Below, piece after piece: positions 1 through 7,411 of a stretch of 13,038 nucleotides of DNA. The notes under the pieces were generated by a model, which saw only the letters and a program-made list of their open reading frames with translations, was not told the DNA's origin and did no database searches. This DNA is from an uncultured Pseudomonadota bacterium (lineage in GTDB: Bacteria > BMS3Abin14). A program made the position numbers and the translations under genes. The stretch lies in assembly GCA_964454175.1 (NCBI GenBank), contig CAYVSA010000013.1:1-13038 (forward strand), in the 5' to 3' direction. Position 1 is the stretch's first letter. Each line of letters begins with the position of its first letter.

Positions 1-1212
1 CTGCGCATCCTCGGGAATTGTTCCCTGGGGTACCTGAACTACCTTGGCGCTGAGCTTGGTTGTTTTCTTGACGGTATCGCCCATATCTTTGAGAGTAGAG
101 GTCGGGAAAGAGATCTTGCTCTCAACTTCTACTGTCATGTCATCCATTGCCCGTTCCCGGGTGATAACAGCTCTGAAACGTTCCACGTCGGGAAAGGTTG
201 ATATGGCCTCAGCAACCTGGCCCGGATGCAGGAACAGACCCCGAACCTTTATCACCTGATCTACCCTTCCCAGGATCGCCGTTAACCTGGGGGACGGCCT
301 GTTGCATGGACAGGGTGAGTCATCTACAGAGGAGATATCGCCTGTAGCAAAACGAAAAAGTGTGTTTACGGGATTGAGGGGAGTAACAACGACCTCACCC
401 GGTTCACCTGTTTTGACAGGTTCTCCGGACTCGGGGTCGAGGAGTTCCACCAATGCCGTGGGATCGAAGTGCATGCCGGACCCCTCTTCACACTCGTAGG
501 CAATGGCGCCGACTTCGGCGGTGCCGTACCCCTGGCGGACGTGGATGCCGTACTCTTCCTGTAATTCATCCCTGAGGCTCTCCGGGAGTTTTTCGGCTAT
601 GACAAAGGCCTTTTCAATTGATAGCTTGAGATCTGCTTCGGCCGCCTTTTCCAGGAGGACCTTCAAGTATGAAGGAAGTCCCACATAGGCATTTGCCCCC
701 AGATGGGCCGCAACGGATACCTGGATCTCTGTGTTACCGATCCCCGCGGGTATGACTGCACACCCCAGATTATTTGCTGCCTCCTCGAACATGGCGCCAG
801 CAGGGGTAAGGTGGTATGCGAAGCAGTTCAGAACTATGTCACCCTCGGATATACCCGCCGCTTTAAAGGCTTTCTCCCAGCGGTAATACGATGGCCCGAA
901 TCCATCCGGATCGTAGATCGGCCCCGGCGAAGAGTAGAGGCGTCTGAGTTTTCCCGGATCAACGGTGATCATACCTCCGAAGGGGGGATCTGCGGCCTGG
1001 ATGGCCGGCAGGTCGGATTTTTTCAGTATCGGGAATTTTACAATGTCCTCTGGTTTTTCCAACGTGTCGGCGGTTACTCCGGCTTCTTCCAATCGCCTGA
1101 CAAACCCCGGCGCCTTCTGCCACTCTCCGGCGATCAGCTCTCTTATCAGTCTGGTCTGTTCGACAAGAAGTTCATCGTAGGGAATGTACTCAAAATCTCT
1201 CTCGTGATGCAT
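1..1212 (-). CDS. paaK: Phenylacetate-CoA ligase (PaaK)-family AMP-binding protein, 3' end beyond window edge
   Basis: Hand translation from ATG at 1212 (AAGGAAG upstream) stays open to base 1: MHHERDFEYIPYDELL...NCFAYHLTPAGAMFEE...PAGIGNT...QGYGTAEVG...RFATGD...CPCNRPSPRL...GRVDQVIKVRGLFLHP...VPQGTIPEDAQ. Motifs match PaaK-like adenylate-forming enzymes. Not in the ORF track because the stop is outside the window. Substrate not certain. Confidence 0.85.
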   Translation of the reverse strand, partial: MHHERDFEYIPYDELLVEQTRLIRELIAGEWQKAPGFVRRLEEAGVTADTLEKPEDIVKFPILKKSDLPAIQAADPPFGGMITVDPGKLRRLYSSPGPIYDPDGFGPSYYRWEKAFKAAGISEGDIVLNCFAYHLTPAGAMFEEAANNLGCAVIPAGIGNTEIQVSVAAHLGANAYVGLPSYLKVLLEKAAEADLKLSIEKAFVIAEKLPESLRDELQEEYGIHVRQGYGTAEVGAIAYECEEGSGMHFDPTALVELLDPESGEPVKTGEPGEVVVTPLNPVNTLFRFATGDISSVDDSPCPCNRPSPRLTAILGRVDQVIKVRGLFLHPGQVAEAISTFPDVERFRAVITRERAMDDMTVEVESKISFPTSTLKDMGDTVKKTTKLSAKVVQVPQGTIPEDAQ

Positions 1213-1248
1213 CGCTCTTCCTTTCTTGTCCCGTAAAAGTATCTCTTG

Positions 1249-2012
1249 CTATCTTCTAATTATCTCTAATGCCCGCACGTCGGTACCCGGATTGTATGGT
1301 GAATCCGGCAGTTGCGTGAGGAAACCGGTGGAACTGTTAATGGAATATCCGTTGATGTTTTGCGCATAAAATGCGCCAACATATAGATACTTTCCTGAAG
1401 GATCGATGTCTATGGTCCAGGGACCGTTGGAGGTTGGAATTGTGGGGATGGAAAGTGAAGTAAGGATGCCAGTGGAAGGGCTTATTGCATAGGACGCCAT
1501 GATTGTCAGAAACCCGGTGGCAGCGCTGACGGAAAAGGCATTGATGTTATCAGAGTTGTAACAGCCGACGTACAGGTATTCACCCGATGGGCTTATGGCT
1601 ATGGTTCTCGGATCGGCGGATGTAGCGAAAGTTGGGGTCGACATGGCCGCCAGCGTACCGGACGTTGGGTCATATGTATAACCTATAATATTACCATTAC
1701 CCGACGGGATGCCGGGCCAACTGGATACATAAACGAAATTGGAGTTTGGATGAACCGCGACTGCATACGAGGTAGCGTAAGGCGAGCCCGAAAGGGCTGT
1801 CAGTGAACCTGAAAAATCACTTACCTCAAATCCGTTTATGAACCCGCCGCTCATAAAAGCTCCACCGCCGCCGTAGCCGAATGAGGTGTAATAGCTCGAT
1901 GCGTACAGGATAGTCTGGAAATCCTGCTGAACAATTACGTTACTTCCCCCCCACCGCATGCAACATAGGCTAGAGCTGAGACTCCTGCCAGGTACAAAGC
2001 AATTCTCTTCAT
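1249..2012 (-). pseudogene. Frameshifted secreted/lipoprotein beta-propeller (lactonase/6-phosphogluconolactonase-like fold), probably with internal blade deletion
   Basis: ATG at 2012 preceded by GGAGG encodes MKRIALYLAGVSALAYVACGGGEVT* (stop 1935-1937). The propeller ORF 1249-1959 is in another frame, and +1 G in the G7 tract (1946-1952) fuses them into ...VACGGGGSNVIVQQ. Repeats of IxPSGxYLYV...INxYxxxxxTGxLT type are typical propeller blades. Confidence 0.7.
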
Positions 2013-2143
2013 AAACCCCTCCATCAGAGGATTAAATCTCGAATTTCCAGTAATACTTCAAATATGCAGCTTGTTCAACTTTTACGTACATTGAAACACA
2101 CTGAAGGGAGCCTGCATTTTTGTACATAATCCCCAGGGAAAAA

Positions 2144-2479
2144 TCAGGCATCTATCCTGTTAACTTCAATTTTAAAACCAAATCCGCAGGCCCTAGACCA
2201 CCTACGCATGAAGTAAACCGATGGATTTGATGCCCATCTCTCTGCCTGGGCTACGGCCTGTTGTGAGATTCCCAGCTTTGCGCCCAATATCCCCTGTGTA
2301 AACCCTGAATCCTCCCGAGCTGTCCTGAGCAAATAGCCGGGGATATCCTGTTCCCAGACTGGAAGGCGACCCCAGCTTTTCAGAGCCTTCCACTCCTCGA
2401 ATGCTCTGGGTCTTGATCTGGTGAGATCAAGGTCCGGTAGATCCACAGTGCGGGACTTCCGTAGCAAGATCCTTCTCAT
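2144..2479 (-). CDS. XRE/HTH_3-family DNA-binding protein, candidate antitoxin/autorepressor
   Basis: C-terminal LLRTAREDSGFTQGILGAKLGISQQAVAQAERWASNPS is a classic XRE helix-turn-helix. ATG at 2479 overlaps the upstream stop (ATGA). Alternative start at 2497 has AAGGAG 11 nt upstream. Confidence 0.8.
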   Translation of the reverse strand: MRRILLRKSRTVDLPDLDLTRSRPRAFEEWKALKSWGRLPVWEQDIPGYLLRTAREDSGFTQGILGAKLGISQQAVAQAERWASNPSVYFMRRWSRACGFGFKIEVNRIDA

Positions 2480-3078
2480 ATTATTTTTTGTGTCCATTGT
2501 TCGAGAATCTCCTTTGAGGGTAAAGCATCTGGAAACTTTTTGTACAGGTCCTTAACGGATTCAAGCGCTTTTGTTGTTTCAGTTCCTTTTGCACGGTCTC
2601 TCAGACGATCATGATCGAGAGTCCCATATTGGGTTTTGTAGAGCAGAAACGCATTGACACCATCCACTGGAGATCTCCAAAAGATCCATGCAGAAAGCCT
2701 GTCGACAATTATATCCTCTGGGCTGATAATAATAATTGAATGATCGCCAACTATAACCACGACAGCTTCATCTCCTCCCGTTAATCCATAATCGGGGAAT
2801 TCAAGAAAAATCTGGCCAACCTTATGAATCCAGTGGCGTCCCTTCTGAATGAATCCGCACGCTTTCAGCTTGTGCTTTACTTCAGGGAAAACTGTTCCCA
2901 CAAAATCCATATCTCCGGTTGTATATGCTCCGCTGGTATACAGCTCAACAGCACTTCCCCCTACGAGAACAGGTTTATCTTCATTATCAGGATAGAGATT
3001 TTGTATCCATTTGCACAGAGCCGCAGTGCGTATAGGTCCTGCTTTCATATCAATAATGTTATTTAATTCAGTGTTCAT
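2476..3078 (-). CDS. Pol-beta-superfamily nucleotidyltransferase (DUF6036/AbiEii-like), candidate toxin
   Basis: 200 aa. N-terminal PVLVGGSAVELYTSGAYTTGDMDFV has the GGxA...TxDxD signature of AbiEii/DUF6036-like nucleotidyltransferases, and later IISPEDIIVDRL resembles the sPEdLi..K motif of these families. Confidence 0.75.
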   Translation of the reverse strand: MNTELNNIIDMKAGPIRTAALCKWIQNLYPDNEDKPVLVGGSAVELYTSGAYTTGDMDFVGTVFPEVKHKLKACGFIQKGRHWIHKVGQIFLEFPDYGLTGGDEAVVVIVGDHSIIIISPEDIIVDRLSAWIFWRSPVDGVNAFLLYKTQYGTLDHDRLRDRAKGTETTKALESVKDLYKKFPDALPSKEILEQWTQKII

Positions 3079-3113
3079 GAATACAATATATATATTGTAT
3101 TGTTCGATGTCAA
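3079..3113 (-). promoter_or_regulatory. Sigma70 promoter (TTGACA-N17-TATATT) for a predicted leaderless NTase-HTH transcript
   Basis: Minus strand reads TTGACA(3113-3108) TCGAACAATACAATATA TATATT(3090-3085) GTATTC ATG(3078). No Shine-Dalgarno is present. Confidence 0.75.
3080..3101. promoter_or_regulatory. Perfect 22-bp palindrome, candidate operator
   Basis: AATACAATATATATATTGTATT is its own reverse complement and covers the -10 box and most of the spacer of the promoter above. Confidence 0.7.
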
Positions 3114-3128
3114 CAGATCTGTCTCCAT

Positions 3129-3152
3129 AAAAAAAGGTCCCGCCAGGGACCT
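3129..3152 (-). terminator. Rho-independent terminator of the ABC operon
   Basis: Minus strand AGGTCCC-TGGC-GGGACCT followed by TTTTTT, starting ~30 nt after the livF stop. Confidence 0.8.
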
Positions 3153-3156
3153 CGCT

Positions 3157-3177
3157 AGAAACTCGAAACCAGAAACT
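3157..3177. repeat. Short 7-bp degenerate tandem repeat (3 units)
   Basis: AGAAACT CGAAACC AGAAACT immediately downstream of the livF stop. Confidence 0.45.
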
Positions 3178-3180
3178 GTT

Positions 3181-4017
3181 TTACGACAGCCACCTCTTCC
3201 TTCTTCGGTAGTGCTTGACATCACGGTAGCTTTTTTTCTCTCCCACCTTCGAGAGCCCCAGGTAGAATTCCTTTACGTCTTCATTGTCTTTTAGTCTTTC
3301 CACAGTGTCATCCAGAACCACCTTGCCGCTTTCCATAACATAGCCGTAGTTGGCTATGGACAGGGCAATGTTAGCGTTCTGCTCTACAAGCAGAATAGTC
3401 GTTTTCTCTTCGGTGTTTATCTTCTTGATGATGTCGAAGATCTCTCTGACAAGGAGCGGGGCCAGACCCAGGGACGGCTCGTCAAGAAGCATGAGCTTCG
3501 GACGGGCCATGAGGGCCCTGCCTATAGCCAGCATCTGCTGCTCACCTCCCGAAAGATAGCCCGCGAGTGTTGTCATCCTCTCGGTCAGCCGGGGAAAATA
3601 GTCAAAGACCATGTCCATGTCGCGTTTCGCTTCGGTCCAGTTAGACCGGGTGTGGGCGCCGGCGGTAAGATTCTCTACCACGTTGAGATCGTCAAATACG
3701 CGCCGGCCCTCCATGACCTGGAATATGCCTTTGCTTACGATGAGCTCGGGGTCGGTGTTGTCGATCCTCTCACCCATGAAAGTGATAGAACCGTCAGTGA
3801 CCTCGCCCTCTTCGCTTTTTAATAGACCGGAGATGGCTTTCAGGGTAGTGGATTTACCCGCACCATTGCCGCCTAAAAGAGTCACGATCTGGCCCTCGAA
3901 AACTTCCAGAGACATGCCCTTCAAGACAAGAATAACGTCGTCATAAATAACTTCGATGTTATTCAGGGAGAGGATAGGCTCTTTTTTATTTGCAATCGCT
4001 GGTATGGATTCACTCAT
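3181..4017 (-). CDS. livF: HAAT/LIV-family ABC transporter ATP-binding subunit (LivF-like)
   Basis: Walker A GGNGAGKST, signature LSGGEQQML, Walker B LLDEPSLGLAP, LLVEQNA. Basic C-terminal tail SYRDVKHYRRRKRWLS. Confidence 0.93.
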   Translation of the reverse strand: MSESIPAIANKKEPILSLNNIEVIYDDVILVLKGMSLEVFEGQIVTLLGGNGAGKSTTLKAISGLLKSEEGEVTDGSITFMGERIDNTDPELIVSKGIFQVMEGRRVFDDLNVVENLTAGAHTRSNWTEAKRDMDMVFDYFPRLTERMTTLAGYLSGGEQQMLAIGRALMARPKLMLLDEPSLGLAPLLVREIFDIIKKINTEEKTTILLVEQNANIALSIANYGYVMESGKVVLDDTVERLKDNEDVKEFYLGLSKVGEKKSYRDVKHYRRRKRWLS

Positions 4018-4055
4018 TAAATAATTCCAGGGTTTTCCTGACAGGAAGTATCACT

Positions 4056-4087
4056 CCGATTCACCGATTCCCCGGTTCACCGTTTCG
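4056..4087. repeat. 8-bp degenerate tandem repeat (4 units)
   Basis: CCGATTCA CCGATTCC CCGGTTCA CCGTTTCG in the binding protein-livF intergenic region. Confidence 0.65.
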
Positions 4088-4102
4088 CAAGGCAATAAGA
4101 AT

Positions 4103-4142
4103 AAAAGGGAACCAGGAGGCCGGCATAATGCCAACCTCCTGG
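4103..4142 (-). terminator. Strong hairpin after the binding-protein gene (partial terminator or mRNA stabiliser)
   Basis: Minus strand CCAGGAGGTTGGCA-TTA-TGCCGGCCTCCTGG (14-bp stem with two U-G pairs) followed by TTCCCTTTT. Confidence 0.65.
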
Positions 4143-4154
4143 ATTCAGAAAAAA

Positions 4155-5351
4155 CTAGTTGCCCAACCACTCGGGCTTGCGCTCCAGGGTGGTGCTTGTG
4201 ACAGGTACCTGTCTGCCCTTGGAGTCGACCTTGTAGATCTTCAGTGTTGTGTTGGGCCTGTGGTCCTTGGATGTGTAGGAAATAGGTGCTGTCAAGCCGC
4301 CGGTGTCGTAATTTTTCAGCGTCTCGAGAGCGGCCTTGACACCGGGACCGTCCAGGGTCTTGGCCTTCTTCATTGCTTCCCACATGACCATCATGGAGGT
4401 CCATGACTGAACGTAGCGCACGATGTGCGTGTCATTGGGATGTTTTTTCTTGTGTGTTTCCATAATGGCCTTCATCCCGGGAACATCGTCGCCCCACATC
4501 GCGAAGGGCGCCATCCCGTAGGCGCGATCGTTAGCCGCTGTTCCAGCCAGTTTGAGGAGGTTCTCGTCAAAGCCCCAGACGTTGATTATGAACTTTGTCT
4601 TGAGGCCCAGTTTTGCGGCGTCCTTGATTATGACTGCCGTGCTGGGTGTCGTCCCGCCGATCCACGCCCAGTCGGGGTTGAACTTTTTCATGTTTGTGAG
4701 CTGGCTGACAGCCTCAGCAGCACTCAGTGCCACTATCTGGTCCGGGCCGACAGTAAAGCCCAGGGACTTTGCCATGGCCTTACCTGCCGGAATGGGGTTC
4801 TTTCCATATGGGTGGTCGGGATAGATGAACACGACTTTGGGCTTGCGGGACATATCCTTCCAGGTTTCGCCCACAAACTGCATGGCCGCCCTGATGCCGT
4901 CGCCGTAGCTCGTCCCTACGTAGAAGTTGTATGGTGTCTTTGAGGGGTCGTTGAGGAGCGAGTCGTAGGAGGCGGACATGTAGATCACCTTGTCCTCGGT
5001 AATGAACTGCCTCATTGCGTTGGTGTCGCCGGTTCCCCAACCCTGCATCAGGAAAATGTTCTGATCCCTGTAGGTCTTGTAAAGAGAGACCGCTTCCGGG
5101 ACCTTGTAGGCGTAGTCGTTGGCGATCAGCTCGACATTTTTGCCGTTCACTCCCCCGTGTGAGTTGATGTAATCAGCTGCATCCACTGCGCCCTGGGCGT
5201 AGTCCTTACCTACGCCGGACGTGGGGCCGGATGTGTCGAATAGACCGCCGATCTTAATCACATCTGCCCACGCCACTGATGTCAGGGCCAGGACTGACAG
5301 TATCGTGATAAGGATCACGACGCCCCTGGTTCTAACAATTCCGTTCCTCAT
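4155..5351 (-). CDS. ABC transporter substrate-binding protein, type I periplasmic binding fold (LivK-like)
   Basis: Start reassigned to ATG 5351 (AGGAGG 6 nt upstream). Signal peptide MRNGIVRTRGVVILITILSVLALTSVAWA-D, then IKIGGLFDTSGP...YINSHGGVNGK, typical of HAAT binding proteins. Confidence 0.92.
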   Translation of the reverse strand: MRNGIVRTRGVVILITILSVLALTSVAWADVIKIGGLFDTSGPTSGVGKDYAQGAVDAADYINSHGGVNGKNVELIANDYAYKVPEAVSLYKTYRDQNIFLMQGWGTGDTNAMRQFITEDKVIYMSASYDSLLNDPSKTPYNFYVGTSYGDGIRAAMQFVGETWKDMSRKPKVVFIYPDHPYGKNPIPAGKAMAKSLGFTVGPDQIVALSAAEAVSQLTNMKKFNPDWAWIGGTTPSTAVIIKDAAKLGLKTKFIINVWGFDENLLKLAGTAANDRAYGMAPFAMWGDDVPGMKAIMETHKKKHPNDTHIVRYVQSWTSMMVMWEAMKKAKTLDGPGVKAALETLKNYDTGGLTAPISYTSKDHRPNTTLKIYKVDSKGRQVPVTSTTLERKPEWLGN

Positions 5352-5404
5352 CTCATACCTCCTCTTGCACTGCTGGGTTTCCCCCCCCAGGCTATCCATA
5401 ACGA

Positions 5405-5436
5405 TTCCCTTTTGTACCACTGCGGACAAAAGGGAA
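5405..5436. other. Intergenic stem-loop between livM and the binding-protein gene
   Basis: TTCCCTTTTGT-N10-ACAAAAGGGAA, a perfect 11-bp inverted repeat. Confidence 0.65.
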
Positions 5437-5444
5437 CATACAGC

Positions 5445-6512
5445 TTAATACGAAAAGGGCCACAGCTTCCAGTAATTTTTTATAGTGTTCCAGCGGGCCG
5501 CGAGACCGTCCGGCTCGAAGATCAGGAAGAGGATAATGATGAGCCCGAACACTCCCTCCCTCATGCTGTGAAACACTGCAAAGATATTCGGGAAGGCTCC
5601 GGTTAAGAAGTGTTCAGGGATTCGCAGGAGCTCGGGGAGAAGGGTCATGAAGATAGCACCGTAGATTGCCCCCATAACATGCCCCATACCGCCGATGATG
5701 ATCATGGCCAGATACTGTATGGAGAGCCATATCCCGAAATGCTCATCCGAAACTACCCTGACGTAGTGGCCCCAGAGGCTGCCTGATATGCCTACCAGAA
5801 ACGAACTCACTCCGAAGGAGAGGATCCTGTATAGCCACACGTTCACTCCCATGACCTCTGCTGAAAGGTACCTGTCCCTGATGGCGACAAAAGCCCTGCC
5901 CGGGCGGGCCCTTGTGATGTTCTTGGTGAACAGGGTCACCAGTATGACCATCACGTATATCAGATAGTAATATGCTCTGTCCGACTTGATCCTGAACCCG
6001 AAGAATACCGGCGAACTCACTACCATGCCCGCACTGCCTCCTGTGAGGGAGGTCCAGTTCCTCATTGCATATTCGATTATGAACTGGGCGGCCATTGTGG
6101 CTATCGCCAGGTAAAGGCCCTTGAGCCTGAGAGAGGGAATGCCGAAAACCATTCCCACCATGGCTGTGATAAGGCCTGCCAGCGGCATGGCGATCCAGAA
6201 GGGGATACCGGCCTTGACGGTGAGAATAGCAGATGCGTATGCCCCCACGCCCATGAATGCACCGTGTCCCAGGGAGATCTGGCCGGTGTATCCGGTCAGG
6301 ATATTCAGGCCGTGGGCCCCGATTATGTAGATACCGATGAGGTTGGCCAGGTACAGCACGTTGGTGTTCAGTACAGCGTTCATGGGTTTCGAAATGAAGG
6401 GGAAGACGGCCAGAAATACAAAGAGCGCGGCCATCCAGAATTTAATGAACGGCGTCTGGAAGATCGCCATGTCATCCTTGTATTTTTCGTGGAAGATCCC
6501 GCACTGCTGCAT
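5445..6512 (-). CDS. livM: HAAT/LIV-family ABC permease (LivM-like)
   Basis: Multi-TM protein with GLNILTGYTGQISLGHGAFMGVGAY, LRLKGLYLAIAT and GRAFVAIRD motifs. Confidence 0.93.
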   Translation of the reverse strand: MQQCGIFHEKYKDDMAIFQTPFIKFWMAALFVFLAVFPFISKPMNAVLNTNVLYLANLIGIYIIGAHGLNILTGYTGQISLGHGAFMGVGAYASAILTVKAGIPFWIAMPLAGLITAMVGMVFGIPSLRLKGLYLAIATMAAQFIIEYAMRNWTSLTGGSAGMVVSSPVFFGFRIKSDRAYYYLIYVMVILVTLFTKNITRARPGRAFVAIRDRYLSAEVMGVNVWLYRILSFGVSSFLVGISGSLWGHYVRVVSDEHFGIWLSIQYLAMIIIGGMGHVMGAIYGAIFMTLLPELLRIPEHFLTGAFPNIFAVFHSMREGVFGLIIILFLIFEPDGLAARWNTIKNYWKLWPFSY

Positions 6513-6517
6513 GATAG

Positions 6518-7411
6518 TCAGACCCTCTCAATCTCTTCGGTGCCGAACAGCCCGTATGGTTTGATCATCAGGATGATCACCAGGATCACGAAGGGAGCGA
6601 CCTCTTTTACACCGCCACCGAAAAAGTGGTCCAGGTAACCGCCCGACAGGTTCTCGAGCACTCCGATAATGAGTCCGCCCAGGAGAGCCCCGGGAATGCT
6701 GTCCAGACCTCCAAGGATAACAGCGGGGAAGACCTTCAGGCCGACGGCGGAAAGGGTTATGTTGACACCATTGATATTCCCGATGAGTATGCCTCCGATC
6801 GCTGAAACCACAGCTGCGACAACCCAGGAGATCGCAAATATCTTCTTGACACTGATGCCCATGGAGAGGGCTACCTGGTTGTTGTTTGCCGTCGCACGCA
6901 TGGCGATCCCGAGTCGGGAGTAATTGAAAAACAGTGCGAACAGCACCAGAAAGATTATCGAGGCGATAAACGTAAAGATGTGGACCTGTGATAGAACTAT
7001 CTCGCCGAGCTTGACAGGTGTCTGGGAAAATATCTCCGGGAAGACGTTGATCTGTGTCCCAAAAAATGCAGCTACGGAGGCCTTGAGCACCAGGGCCAGT
7101 CCTATGGTTACCATGATGATGGATATGGTCGGTTCACCGATCATCGGTCTCAGAATTAACCGCTCGATGGTTAGTGCAAGCAGCGCTGATATTGCTATTG
7201 TAGTCAGAAAGCCAGCCCAGAAGGGCATATGGAACTTGGTCATCAGGGCGAGGCAAACATAGGCCCCGACCATGAGCAGTTCACCCTGGGCGAAATTGAT
7301 CACTGATGATGCCTTGTAGATCAGAACAAAGCCCAGGGCGACCAGGCCGTAGACGCTGCCGATAGCAAGGCCCTGAACTATGAGCTGAAGAAAATACCAG
7401 ACTTCCTGCAT
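6518..7411 (-). CDS. livH: HAAT/LIV-family ABC permease (LivH-like)
   Basis: GLAIGSVYGLVALGFVLIYKASSVINFAQGE, GIAMRATA, ILGGLDSIPGA and KPYGLFG motifs. Start overlaps the upstream stop (TGATG). Confidence 0.93.
   Translation of the reverse strand: MQEVWYFLQLIVQGLAIGSVYGLVALGFVLIYKASSVINFAQGELLMVGAYVCLALMTKFHMPFWAGFLTTIAISALLALTIERLILRPMIGEPTISIIMVTIGLALVLKASVAAFFGTQINVFPEIFSQTPVKLGEIVLSQVHIFTFIASIIFLVLFALFFNYSRLGIAMRATANNNQVALSMGISVKKIFAISWVVAAVVSAIGGILIGNINGVNITLSAVGLKVFPAVILGGLDSIPGALLGGLIIGVLENLSGGYLDHFFGGGVKEVAPFVILVIILMIKPYGLFGTEEIERV

Noticed and set aside
44-1236. Plus-strand ORFs (44-259, 302-499, 503-688, 703-1236, 965-1180) and minus ORF 366-569
   Set aside because: Shadows of the PaaK-like gene at 1-1212 (-), with no recognisable motifs.
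2018-2030. CCTCT-GAT-GGAGG mini-hairpin masking the SD of the propeller gene
   Set aside because: A 5-bp stem with a 3-nt loop is too weak to distinguish from chance.
5352-5429. N-terminal extension of the binding protein, including a G8 tract (5381-5388)
   Set aside because: The AGGAGG RBS and signal peptide place the start at 5351, so the tract is intergenic with no evidence of a phase-variation role.
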